From Terriglobia bacterium (GTDB taxonomy: Bacteria; Acidobacteriota; Terriglobia; 20CM-2-55-15): a stretch of 64,000 bases of DNA. The position numbers and the translations under genes are program-made. The first letter of the stretch is position 1; every line of letters starts with the position of its first letter. Below the pieces are notes generated by a model. The model saw only the letters and a program-made list of their open reading frames with translations, was not told the DNA's origin and searched no databases. Location of the stretch: the NCBI GenBank assembly GCA_965218085.1, contig CBDCKF010000002.1, positions 3,912,288 to 3,976,287 of the forward strand, read 5' to 3'. Shown piece after piece: positions 30,222 through 40,337 of the stretch.

Positions 30222-30330
30222 TTCTCAAGTCCTCATAAATCATGCCGGCTCAACCGGTCGATGCAACACATGCGTTTAAGGTCTCTGCCGGATTAGCGAA
30301 CTCCAGCGTCTCACGAGGTCTTCCAATCGC
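30222..30330 (-). mobile_element. Left palindrome half plus IS30-family right-end remnant (encodes …RPRETLEFANPAETLNACVASTG*)
   Basis: ttctcaagtcctcataaatcat | gccggctcaaccggtcgatgcaacacatgcg... Confidence 0.5.
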
Positions 30331-30479
30331 TTAACTTGACAGTACCCACATGCTTCCGGGCGAGGGGCATGGGCCTTGCCGCTACCTACCCGGTTCTTTC
30401 AGCCCAACCCGCACCTCCTATAATATTTCTCCAGCATTGTTTGGAGATGCTGTCCGACAATGTTCTTGGGTGGGTCTAG

Positions 30480-30722
30480 TCATGTTTTTTCCCAGTTATT
30501 CCAAACTTGGTCAAACCAATCTTCGGACACTTCTTCCTTTAGGGCCTTTGCCACGGCCCACCTGAGCTTCTTCTTCCTCCGTTTCAGTGCCTCATCGAAG
30601 TAATGCTGTGGCGGTGCCGTTCGTTCATGCAAGCAGCTTTCGCATTCGTCGACGAATCCGGGTTTCCGAGGTCTCAACGTAAACGTCCTTCCACAACAAC
30701 GGCATTTTTCTTCTGATTCCAT
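30480..30722 (-). CDS. Small zinc-ribbon-like hypothetical protein
   Basis: CRCCGRTF…CESC cysteine pairs. Confidence 0.35.
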   Translation of the reverse strand: MESEEKCRCCGRTFTLRPRKPGFVDECESCLHERTAPPQHYFDEALKRRKKKLRWAVAKALKEEVSEDWFDQVWNNWEKT

Positions 30723-31047
30723 GAGGTTCGCCTGTGGTTGGGTCTCTGAGGAATATTAATGGGCTTACCGTACCACGCGGAGAGAGCGCGGCCGAAAGGG
30801 AAAAGACCCTGCTACAGTTTCATTCTGTGGTCTTACCGACTGAACGCATCAGCTCAATCATCGGGTTTGTCTTCTGGCCCTCCACCTCTCCTTTTCAGTA
30901 GCCCGTTGTCGATTGGGACAAAACGCCGGACACTGTGACATAGACCAAGGAGATTGAAGACGACGTCGTGTTCGTGTACGTTCCTGAACACTGGGAGAGC
31001 GGCACAAGAGGTAACTGAGACTTATTCTGTCGGGAGAAACATAGGCT

Positions 31048-31620
31048 ATGAAGACCGTCGTGGAATCCATCGAGGCCGTATGTCGGCGCTACAAGTCGTT
31101 GGCTGATGCCGCGATGGCTCAATTGGACGAGACTGAACTGAGCACGCCGGGTCCTAGCAGCGGCAACTCTGTCGCAGTGATCGGGTGGCACATCGCGGGC
31201 AACCTCACTTCTCGCTTCACAGACTTTCTAACAACGGACGGTTACAAACCGTGGCGGGACCGGGAAGATGAGTTTGCAGCGAGAACACCAACGCGACAAG
31301 AGCTAACCAACCGTTGGGAGCGCGGGTGGGACACACTCTTTGATTCGCTTTCGCATCTGACCGATGACCATTTGCAGCAAACGGTGCTGCTCAGAGGAAA
31401 AGAGCTGCAAGTCAACGAGGCATTGCATCGATCACTCGGGCACATGAGCTACCACGTCGGTCAGATCGTGTACCTTGCGAAGGCGTTAAAGGGCGAGAAA
31501 TGGCGATACCTGAGCATCCCGCCGGGCGAGTCCGAGTCCTACGATCGAAAACCAACCAGTGAACGTGCAGAATCACATATTTCGAGACTGAAGGACTCCG
31601 TGGATAAGGAGTCAATTTGA
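31048..31620 (+). CDS. DinB/DUF1572-like four-helix-bundle protein
   Basis: …HIAGNLTSRFTDF…ALHRSLGHMSYHVGQIVYL… fits the DinB_2/DUF1572 pattern. Confidence 0.55.
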   Translation: MKTVVESIEAVCRRYKSLADAAMAQLDETELSTPGPSSGNSVAVIGWHIAGNLTSRFTDFLTTDGYKPWRDREDEFAARTPTRQELTNRWERGWDTLFDSLSHLTDDHLQQTVLLRGKELQVNEALHRSLGHMSYHVGQIVYLAKALKGEKWRYLSIPPGESESYDRKPTSERAESHISRLKDSVDKESI

Positions 31621-31701
31621 GCCGGGCACGCTGACGCCACTGACACTGCGAATAAGCGGTATAAGCAGGGTCTGACGAGTATGGCAACACCACGCGCTTG
31701 C

Positions 31702-31809
31702 ATCAACATCGTCCTAAACTGGTTTGAAGACCTGAAACCCCGGCAGAACGATTTAATGCATGTGTTGCATCGACCGGTTGAGCTGGCACATCTTGTCGGA
31801 CGTTGAGAA
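31702..31809 (+). repeat. Kinase C-terminal box #6 fused to an IS30 right-end remnant, followed by right palindrome half
   Basis: CINIVLNWFEDLK then IS30 end (…PAERFNACVASTG*) then atcttgtcggacgttgagaa. Confidence 0.5.
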
Positions 31810-31849
31810 TCCCGCCAGTGGGTTGGTGCCTCCTTGTGAGTCAGGCACG

Positions 31850-32137
31850 CTACATCCCCCTGACCTCGTAGACTCGGATGCTCGCGATATAGGGATTGTC
31901 TTGAGCGATCTTCTCTGCCTCGTCAAGGCTCTCGGCTTCGATAATCGTGTAGCCAGTGATGGACTCCATTCCCCATGGGAGGTCCTTTGTTCCAGAGGCG
32001 GAGATCTCTCGCCCGCCGCTGAAACCACCGTTATCAACCGTCCAGTCGACGATTGACTCGAACCAGGTTTCCCATGCCTTCATGATCTCTGGGGTGGGCT
32101 TCTCGAATCCGTAATGGAGCAGCAAAAATTTCTTCAC
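31850..32137 (-). CDS. YciI-like small protein
   Basis: MKKFLLLHYGF…TIIEAESLDEAEKIAQDNPY matches the YciI-family pattern. Confidence 0.55.
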   Translation of the reverse strand: MKKFLLLHYGFEKPTPEIMKAWETWFESIVDWTVDNGGFSGGREISASGTKDLPWGMESITGYTIIEAESLDEAEKIAQDNPYIASIRVYEVRGM

Positions 32138-32423
32138 TTCTCTCTCCTTGTGATTGGACTATTCTCGGTCCAATTCTTGTGGGTTAGGTCACTCGACGAA
32201 GTGCCACAGCGCGGCGCCTCCCAGCCCTGAGGAGACCACCATCGACATCACTTTTCGTTACCTCAACCGATGCTTGGTTCTTCAGTTCGTGCTGCGGACC
32301 GTATTTCCCTTGCATTTCCCTTGCTGGAGCGAAAGAATTGCCACACACTCACCCCATCTCTAGTGGGAAAGGGCCTCTTATTCTTTCTATCCGGAGCGTT
32401 TCAATCACAGGCTGGAGGGCCTC

Positions 32424-32860
32424 AAATGATTAAATCAGTCAAACACACAATGATAATGATGGTTGTAGTGATGGTCGCCCTTGCGCCCATGGCGGCAGCA
32501 GAACAAGACCAGGCCAAGGCGGCGAGCCAGATCGCGACGGCCATTCAGCACGCAGGCTTGTCGGCCAGCCAGGAGGCAGCTGAGGGTGCGATGAGGCATC
32601 TCCACCACGCGGTGAACTGCATCGAGGGTCCGAACGGGTCGAATTTCGACGTCAGTGCGGGCTACCCATGTGCCGCGCAGGAGGGAAACGGAATTCTCAA
32701 CGACATGGGCGATGCTGACCGAGGGATCGCGATCCTTGTCCAGGCAGCCAACGACATCGCTGTCAACGGTGTTGAAGCGGGGGACCTCGAGTCGCTTCAA
32801 CTCGCTGCTCGCGGCGCTATCGCCATCCTGGAACTCGTAGCTGCCCAGCGCCAGCCATAG
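32424..32860 (+). CDS. Small secreted hypothetical protein
   Basis: Signal peptide MIKSVKHTMIMMVVVMVALAPMAAA. Confidence 0.4.
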
Positions 32861-33046
32861 GATGTCAGGAAGGCACTGTCAACTTAACATCGCCGGTCCG
32901 ATCTGAGGGCGTGTGGATTCAGATAGATCAAGCTGGCAAGACTGCTTCCCTCCACGCTAAAGAACGTGTCCGCAACATCTGGCAATGAACCGCTCTAAGT
33001 CTGTGTCTGGCCAGCCGAAAATGAGTCTCAAGCCCTGACAAATCAT

Positions 33047-34273
33047 TTCAGATCAACCGGTCGATGCAACACCTGCGTTTAATGTCTCTGCCGGATTAGC
33101 GAAGTCCAGCGTCTCACGGGGTCGCCCGTTGAGCTTCCTTGCGATCATATCCAAATGCTCCTGTGAGTGAACCGACAAGTCCGTCCCTTTAGGGAAATAC
33201 TGTCGGAGCAAACCGTTCGTGTTTTCGTTCGAACCCCGTTGCCAAGGACTCCGCGGATCGCAAAAGTAAACGGCAATGTCGGTGGCCAGAGTGAACCGTT
33301 TGTGATTGGCCATTTCCAATCCGCGATCCCAGGTCAGTGTTTTATAGAGTTCGGTCGGGAGTTTGTCTGCGTGTTCGATCAGCGCGTTGATGACGGTTTC
33401 AGTTTCCTTATTCGGAACCTTCACCAGCATCACGTAACGGGAGTAACGTTCGACCAATGTCGCAATGTAGGTGTTCTTCGAACCCGCTATGAGATCCCCT
33501 TCCCAGTGACCGGGAATCGCACGATCTTCGACCGAAGCCGGGCGCTCACGGATCGAGACCATGTCTTCGATCTGTCCGCCTCCATGGCCTTTCCGGCTCG
33601 CTTTTGCGGATCGGCGATTCGTGCGTTTGGTCCGCAGATACTGAGTCAGTTCTTTCTTCAGAACCCCGCGGGCCTGGATAAAAAGGCTGCGATAGATCGT
33701 TTCGTGTGACACGTGAAGCGACTCGTCATCCGGGTATGTGCGTTTCAGCCAGCCGGCGATTTGCTCGGGCGACCAGACCTGACGCAGCTTCTCTTCCACA
33801 AGCTGCCGTAAGCGGGGCCAGCCGACACGACTTTCCACGGCGCGCCCTCTCCTAGGCCGCCTCATCCGCTGCCGCTGCCCGATAGCTATCATAGCCTCCG
33901 TTACGGGAAATCTCCCGGCTCACCGTCGATGGCGCACGACCCAATCGCACGGCAATCGAACGGATCGAATCTTTGGCCGCAATACCTCTGGAGATCTCAT
34001 CACGTTCGGCCAGAGTCAGTGCCCGTGATGACCGGCAACGGGGCTGCGGACGGATGCCCCCGTACACGGCCAGTTGACGATGAATCGCCGATCCACCTCT
34101 GTCTAGAATGCGTCCGATCTCTTTGGTCGATTCTCCTCGGTGCCAGTGATTCCTCACCTCGACCAGTTCGGACGCCGTGAACCACCGTCGCTTCCTCATC
34201 TGTTTCTTCTTTCGTTTCTTCCGCATACACTTCACCGCTCCTTTTACGTAACGTGTTGCATCGACCCATTGAA
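33047..34273 (-). mobile_element. IS30-family insertion sequence (~1.2 kb) inserted at the centre of a palindrome copy
   Basis: Ends …ggtcgatgcaacac… in both orientations. Flanks tctcaagccctgacaaatcat | … | …cctcttctcggacattgagaa. Confidence 0.75.
33053..34235 (-). pseudogene. IS30-family transposase disrupted by a TGG-to-TAG nonsense and a 1-nt frameshift
   Basis: N-terminal HTH ORF ends …AADEAA* where relatives read AAW… Downstream frame shifts in a C-run (ctggccccgc) before …LVEEKLRQVWSPEQIAGWLK. Confidence 0.75.
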
Positions 34274-34642
34274 ATCACCCCTCTTCTCGGACATTGAGAA
34301 TTCGTTGATTCCAACCATTGCTTCCAACCCACTCACTCCAAAGCTAGAACTGGTTGCCACAAACCGACTTCTGGAGCGTTGAATTAGAATCGGTAAACGA
34401 AACGGTGTTTTTCGCGGGTAATCGTTGCCGGGAACAATCCAGGTCCGTCAAGAGATGACTGGGAGACCTTAGAGTACGAGCCACTTGTCCGGATAAGCGG
34501 AAATACAGGGGTTGGGAATTTCATAGCGCCTAACTCCCTGCCCTAGTAAAATTTATCCTGATTCTCGCCCTTCTCGCAGTGACGAATGATCACGACGGAA
34601 TCCGGCCCAAAAACTCAGCTTCTGTGAGATCCACGGGCGGCC

Positions 34643-37198
34643 ATGCGGAAGCATCCTTTGCGACTGATTCAGTTTACAGAAATGACTATGACAGTTTCAG
34701 ATGAAATAATGCCCCCCACCGTGTCTGTTTTCTCTTCCAGCGCGCTTCCCCGCCGCCATGCCATCTCTACCGCACTACATCGCGTCGAAAGGCTGCTATG
34801 GGTGATACTCGTCCTCTTCGTCCTTCCGGCGGCCTCTTTCGCACAGGAGGGAACGGCAATACTTGCCGGCCGCATTCTGGACGACGCCGACGGGTCGGCC
34901 GTCGGCTTCGCGACCGTGCTGATCGAGGACACCACGGGAGAACCTCTGTCGGGTGTGCTTGCTGGAGAAGACGGCCGCTTCCTTATCGAGGGTTTGGCGC
35001 CGGGCAACTACACGATCGCGATGTCGTTTCCCGGGTTTTTCCCCGCGGAGGCCAACGTGCTGGTCTCCGCCCTCAACCAGTCTTACGACCTAGGTGACAT
35101 CGGCCTCGTTCGTCAGGTGGTCGAGCAGGAGATTACGGTCACGGCAGAGGCGATTCGGGTGGCCGGTATAAACACCGAGTTGTTCCGGCTCGACGAAGGG
35201 CCCACCCAGTCGACCGGATCGCTGCTCGATGCGATGAGGAACCTTCCGGGTGTGACGATCGATCAAGAAGGCAGAGTCGCGCTTCGCGGTAGCGACCAGG
35301 TCTCCATACTTATTGACGGCAGGCAGTCGAGCCTGACGGGATTTGGAAGTCAACGCGGCCTCGACAGCGTATCGGCGGCCAACGTGGAAGCGATCGAGAT
35401 CATCCACAATCCTTCTGCGAGCTTTGACGCCGCCGGAATGGCCGGAATCATCAACATCATCTATAGAACGGAAACGGAACTGGGCCTCTCTGGAGATCTT
35501 GGCCTGTCCGTCGGCGTCGGCCAGTTCTCCAAGCAGCGGCCCGATCTACCGACTGATCTCGGCAGCTTTTCGAACAACGGGAAGATCACGCCCAGCGTAA
35601 GCCTGAACTACAACACCGAACGCGTCCGGAGCTTCGTCCAGACCGAAATCCTCGTGCAGGACGATCTGCCGAACAACGAATTCACAACCCGCTCCTACGA
35701 CGACGGACGCGTCATCGAGTCCCAGGTGCCGGAGAACCGCGAGCAGACGCACTACATCGTCCGGGCGGGCTCCGACTTCAACGTCGATAATTCCAACACA
35801 TTTTCGGTTTCGGGGATCTACGACTTCGAAACACATACCGACCGTGCGCAAGTCCCCTTCATCCTGGGATCCACGGGCGAACGCGAGCGATTCTGGTTCT
35901 GGCAGGAAGAGGAAGATACCGGCTTCGCCAACATCAACTTCGATTTCAAGCACGCATTCCCGACACCCGGGCATGAGCTGAACATCAATCTCCAATACAC
36001 GCGTGGATGGGAGGACGAGGCGTACTTTCTCAACGAGGAATCAAGGGTTCGGGTGGGTACGGACATGACCCATCTCGTCGCCGAAGAGAACACTATTCCG
36101 CTAAGCATTGACTACATACGCCCGCTGTCGAGCGGTCGGCTGGAGTTGGGCACGAAGCTTCAGGCGCGCTGGCTGCCCATCACCTACACGGTCGGCCGGG
36201 GCGTGCAGAGTGTGATCTATGAAGGTCTCGGCGACTTTTCCGACTGGGACGAGGACATCTACGCCACCTACGCCAACCTGGTCCAGGTGAAGAACTCGTA
36301 CTCACTGGAGGCCGGAGTCCGCATCGAGCAGACCAACGTCGCCTACACGATCCCGGACGAGAACATCTACTACGAAGGCAGCGACGCGTACGACTACTTC
36401 GAGGTCTTTCCCAACGTCAAGTTCACCTACCGGCTGGGCGACGCGAATCAGCTGATCGCCGCGTACAACCGGCGCATCGATCGACCGGGAGAACCGGAAC
36501 TGCGCATCTTTCCAAAGTACGACGATCCGGAACTGCTCAAAGTGGGCAACCCGTTTCTCCGGCCCCAGTTGACCAATGTGTTTGAGGTCGGCTTCGGACG
36601 ATCGTGGGACGGCGGTTCCGTCAACACTGCCATCTACCACAGGGATATCGCAGACGCGTTCCAGCGCGTTTTCGCCATCGACGACACCAACCCGGACTAC
36701 GACATCGTAAACAGGATCTTCGAGAACGCCGGAAACTCCACCCAGACCGGGATCGAGGTGATCGTGGAACAGCAGATCGCCGCCCCATGGCGTCTGTCCG
36801 GAAGCGTCAACTGGTTCACGAACGACATCGAAGCCCTGGAGACCACCTTGCTGTTCCCGACACCGCGGCCGTTCACTCTGGCCGCTTCGAGAGACGATAC
36901 CTGGGATTTCACCATCAACAACCAGTTCCGGCTGCCCCGCACGGGGGAACTCCAGGTGAGCTACATCCACTACGCTCGGAGGAACGTTCCCCAAGGCCGG
37001 GAGCGTGCACGCTCGTCGCTCGATCTGGCCGCCACCTGGCCCATCATGAACGAACGCGCCGAACTGGTTTTCACGTTCAGCGACATCTTCAACGATTTTG
37101 CCGTGGAACGTGAGATCGACGGCCAAGGCTTCACTGCGGTCTACCAGAATTTATTGGAGTCGCAAGTTGTAAGCGTTGGCGTGAGGACGCGGTTCTAA
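34643..37198 (+). CDS. TonB-dependent outer-membrane receptor with N-terminal carboxypeptidase-regulatory-like domain
   Basis: CarbopepD_reg-like region, plug, 22-strand barrel region, and a C-terminal aromatic (…VRTRF). The start codon is uncertain. Confidence 0.8.
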   Translation: MRKHPLRLIQFTEMTMTVSDEIMPPTVSVFSSSALPRRHAISTALHRVERLLWVILVLFVLPAASFAQEGTAILAGRILDDADGSAVGFATVLIEDTTGEPLSGVLAGEDGRFLIEGLAPGNYTIAMSFPGFFPAEANVLVSALNQSYDLGDIGLVRQVVEQEITVTAEAIRVAGINTELFRLDEGPTQSTGSLLDAMRNLPGVTIDQEGRVALRGSDQVSILIDGRQSSLTGFGSQRGLDSVSAANVEAIEIIHNPSASFDAAGMAGIINIIYRTETELGLSGDLGLSVGVGQFSKQRPDLPTDLGSFSNNGKITPSVSLNYNTERVRSFVQTEILVQDDLPNNEFTTRSYDDGRVIESQVPENREQTHYIVRAGSDFNVDNSNTFSVSGIYDFETHTDRAQVPFILGSTGERERFWFWQEEEDTGFANINFDFKHAFPTPGHELNINLQYTRGWEDEAYFLNEESRVRVGTDMTHLVAEENTIPLSIDYIRPLSSGRLELGTKLQARWLPITYTVGRGVQSVIYEGLGDFSDWDEDIYATYANLVQVKNSYSLEAGVRIEQTNVAYTIPDENIYYEGSDAYDYFEVFPNVKFTYRLGDANQLIAAYNRRIDRPGEPELRIFPKYDDPELLKVGNPFLRPQLTNVFEVGFGRSWDGGSVNTAIYHRDIADAFQRVFAIDDTNPDYDIVNRIFENAGNSTQTGIEVIVEQQIAAPWRLSGSVNWFTNDIEALETTLLFPTPRPFTLAASRDDTWDFTINNQFRLPRTGELQVSYIHYARRNVPQGRERARSSLDLAATWPIMNERAELVFTFSDIFNDFAVEREIDGQGFTAVYQNLLESQVVSVGVRTRF

Positions 37199-37235
37199 AG
37201 TTCCAAGAGCTACCCGGCCTATCGCAACCAGCAAG

Positions 37236-37440
37236 TCGTAGCGGAGAATCAAATCGCCTATCTGGCCTCCGTTGTCAAGTATTCGCAGCTCTCCTGTTCT
37301 CCTTCCTGATAGATAATGTTTTCAGCAAGCTGAGCAGCGTTTGGAGTTGGGTGGCAGGTCGACTGCACCCGTATCTCCGGCCTCGTGAGTGGAACTGTTG
37401 GGTTCCGGGCCATGATGGAATTCGCTGCGCGGGTTGGTAT
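37236..37440 (-). mobile_element. Solo IS110-family (IS1111-type) 3' end remnant
   Basis: …gggtgcagtcgac…gacaggagag.tgcg..tacttgacaa…ccagata is conserved with the 3' ends of both IS110 copies. The transposase and left end are absent. Confidence 0.5.
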
Positions 37441-37493
37441 GCCGCCCGGAGCATGGTGGGCGCGATTACGGTTGCCGTGATTTTACGGGTATT

Positions 37494-37940
37494 CTATCGT
37501 CCGCGCTGCCGGCGATACTCAGCCAGACGCGCCTCCATTATTCTCAATCGCTCGCCGAGCTGCCCGTTTCCACCGCCAACTTCACTCCCGTCAGGCCGCG
37601 TGATGAAGGTCCATTCCACCATGTTCGATCCGTCTCGTGACGGGCGGCCCAATATGTGGATTCGATCCCCGGGCTTGAACTGATCCAACGTCCAGCCTGC
37701 TCGCCGGAGATTGATGACGCTGTCTCCCTCCGCCATCCAGGATTCTGTTTCACCTTGCTCATTCGTCACGTCAAAGTAAATCCGCGAATGCGGGTTGATC
37801 GCTCGAAATTCGGTCACCACGCCTTCGATTTCCATGCGCTCATCGACGATGTAGTGTGCCGCGGGGTTATGGTGGGCGAAGGCGGGCAATGAAACCAGCA
37901 GTGCGCCAAAGACAAAGGTCAAGCTTTTGCCTGTCATCAT
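37494..37940 (-). CDS. Small secreted AHH-motif protein (DUF6152-like). Paralog of 21592..21984.
   Basis: FAHHNPAAHY…NPHSRIY…PGDRI. Confidence 0.5.
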   Translation of the reverse strand: MMTGKSLTFVFGALLVSLPAFAHHNPAAHYIVDERMEIEGVVTEFRAINPHSRIYFDVTNEQGETESWMAEGDSVINLRRAGWTLDQFKPGDRIHILGRPSRDGSNMVEWTFITRPDGSEVGGGNGQLGERLRIMEARLAEYRRQRGR

Positions 37941-37956
37941 CTCACTGTCCTCCACA

Positions 37957-38808
37957 TCAGCGTTGCCCGGAGATCGACTCGCAAGGGGCATCCAGCAAAT
38001 CCACCTCGGGCGTAAGGAGTCTAGTATGTTCTAGCACCAGCGGTTCTCGAAACATGACCGGATCGATCAGCGTGAACTGCATGTGCAGTCGGCGGCCATC
38101 CTCGCTGAGGGTGTAGCGCTCAATACTGCTCGCGTTATCGGCGTTGTGAATAGCCAGGTTGTCTTCGGCGACGTTAGCCGCGACATTCACGGTGTCCACC
38201 ACCAGCGTAGATCCCTCGTACCAACCAATCGAATGACCCAGCGGGCTGGGTTGTGCGTCTTGTGGATGACCGCGTCCATCCGTGTAGATGACCCGGTCCG
38301 ACGCCATGTCTTCTGCCCTGATGACGATGCGGTCGTCGTTCTGCTCGATCAGGATAGGGTCGTTGTGCAGTGTGGTGCGAAAGGCCCCGAAGTACTCACA
38401 CTGAATAGAGGGATCGTCGGCGTGGTCGTACGTTGCCGCGTAGTCTGTACCTCCTTCGGTTAACAGAGCTGCAATGGCTTGTTGGTTGTGATCGCGGACG
38501 GCTTGCCGGATTTCTGCGGCTGACAGATGGTCGTTCTCCGGGAGCAGGAGCTCACGAAGGTACTCGTAGCTTTCCCGGGTACAGTTGCAGGCAAAGAGAT
38601 CCTCGAGGGTCCAATCTGGGTGCTCGACAGAGGTTGTGGTCGTGCTCCACATGCCCGACAGGGCCGGAGGCGGCTGCTCCTGGGCCCCGGCGAGCGGTAT
38701 GCCGAGAACGAGAGTGCCCGCGACGGCCGCGCCAAGGAGTTTATGTTTGGCGACCCTCGCGAAGTTACGCGGCAGCGGGACTCCGCGCGGGGCGATAACG
38801 AGCCTCAT
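37957..38808 (-). CDS. Secreted hypothetical protein
   Basis: Signal peptide. No recognisable domain. Confidence 0.45.
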   Translation of the reverse strand: MRLVIAPRGVPLPRNFARVAKHKLLGAAVAGTLVLGIPLAGAQEQPPPALSGMWSTTTTSVEHPDWTLEDLFACNCTRESYEYLRELLLPENDHLSAAEIRQAVRDHNQQAIAALLTEGGTDYAATYDHADDPSIQCEYFGAFRTTLHNDPILIEQNDDRIVIRAEDMASDRVIYTDGRGHPQDAQPSPLGHSIGWYEGSTLVVDTVNVAANVAEDNLAIHNADNASSIERYTLSEDGRRLHMQFTLIDPVMFREPLVLEHTRLLTPEVDLLDAPCESISGQR

Positions 38809-39372
38809 GATTCCTCAATGACGGGCAGTTCCGTTTCTGAGTCGATTTTACCTGACTCGGCTACGGATTGGACCGCAAATTCAATGCTGAGGTTGATTTT
38901 TTGCTTGCCGATACAGGCCACCTGGGTATTCCGCTGATCGTGAACACCAGTTCCGGAATCATGAACACCGATTCCGGCCATCGTGAACACTCGCCGGAGC
39001 GAAGCGACGGGTTAGCGTCTCAGTTTATTCCTTCAGAGTCCAGGTTTTCCCTGTTTTAGTCCTTTCCAAAATTATTGTGATAAATCGCCGCCGGCCTGTG
39101 TGTAACTGTGCGAAAGCCGGGAGCGTTTTTTGCGGAGGCTTTTGCAAGCAGCGGTGGAAATGATCAAGAGAAAGTCGGCCGAAGGCCACCATTCCCATTT
39201 GCACGGCTGCGGCAGTTTCCACAGGCCCCGTGCCCTGCGTGAGGCGCGCGTTCCGCGCCCGGACCCGGATTCCTGCACTTCCTTCGCGCGAGGATTGCGC
39301 AGGAGCGACGATTGGGTCCGGGGCCGGCCTTGGAGTACCCCCTGGCGGCGGCGTGTGGGTGCGGTTCGCCGA

Positions 39373-40131
39373 TCATCGGGACTCCTTCAACGTCTTGGGT
39401 TGGGTCTTGGTTTGCCGCATCGATGCCCCTTTCAGTTCGATACGGTGCGCATTGTGGAGGAGGCGATCGCAGATGGCGTCGGCCTGGTTCGGGTCGCCAA
39501 TGACGCCGTGCCAGTCGGGGACCGGGAGCTGGCTGGCGATCAAGATGGCGGAACGTTCGCTCCGTTCCTCGACGACTTCGATCAGGTCCCGGCGTTCAGC
39601 GTCGCGCAGCGGGGCCAGGAGCCAGTCGTCGATGGCCAGCAGATCGGTTTTGGCCAGACGGGCCAGGACTCGGGTGTAGGAGCCGTCGCCACGGCCGACC
39701 GCCAGTTGGTGCAAGAGCCGAGGCATGCGGACGTAGGTGGCGTTAAAACCCCGCCGGCAGGCGCGTTCGACGAAAGCCGAAGCCAGAAAACTCTTTCCGA
39801 TGCCGGTCGGACCGGTGATGAGAAGATTGTGCCGGTCTTGGATCCACCCGCAGGAGCCCAGGGCGAGGACTTGGGAACGGTCCAGACGGCGACGATGTTT
39901 GAAGTCGACGTTTTCCAGCGATGCCGTCGCGTAGCGCAGCTTCGCCGCGCGCAGGCGTCGGGTGAGCTTGCGGTGCTCCCGGGCCGTCCACTCCTCATCC
40001 ACCAGTAGGCCCAGACGTTCCTCGAAGCCGAGATCCGTGTACTGATTCGAGCGGCGTTGCTGCTCCAGGGCCTCGACCATGGCCGATAGCTTCATCTGGT
40101 TCATCTTCTCCAGGGTTTGTTCCATTAGCAT
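39373..40131 (-). CDS. istB: IS21 helper ATPase IstB
   Basis: LITGPTGIGKSFLASA Walker A. The start overlaps the istA stop. Confidence 0.9.
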   Translation of the reverse strand: MLMEQTLEKMNQMKLSAMVEALEQQRRSNQYTDLGFEERLGLLVDEEWTAREHRKLTRRLRAAKLRYATASLENVDFKHRRRLDRSQVLALGSCGWIQDRHNLLITGPTGIGKSFLASAFVERACRRGFNATYVRMPRLLHQLAVGRGDGSYTRVLARLAKTDLLAIDDWLLAPLRDAERRDLIEVVEERSERSAILIASQLPVPDWHGVIGDPNQADAICDRLLHNAHRIELKGASMRQTKTQPKTLKESR

Positions 40132-40337
40132 GAGTGCGTCTCCTCGGGGTCCGCATAGTAGGCGGCGCCGCGAATGTTGTCGTGATGGGGCGTCGGTGGG
40201 GTTTCGGTGTCCCCGAAAGGCAACCGGTCCTGGGCCGACGACAGGATGTTCTTGACGGTGCGGTAGCTATAGGACTGCAAGTGCAGCGCCCGCGCACTGG
40301 CGGCTTCGAGCCGCTCGGCGCCGGAGCGGCGACCTAG
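40131..40337 (-). pseudogene. istA: IS21 IstA transposase 3' fragment
   Basis: …GRRSGAERLEAASARALHLQSYSYRTVKNILSSAQDRLPFGDTETPPTPHHDNIRGAAYYADPEETHSC*. Confidence 0.7.

Noticed and set aside
39130-40008. 292-aa plus-strand ORF inside IS21
   Set aside because: Antisense to istB and the IstA 3' fragment. High-GC artefact.
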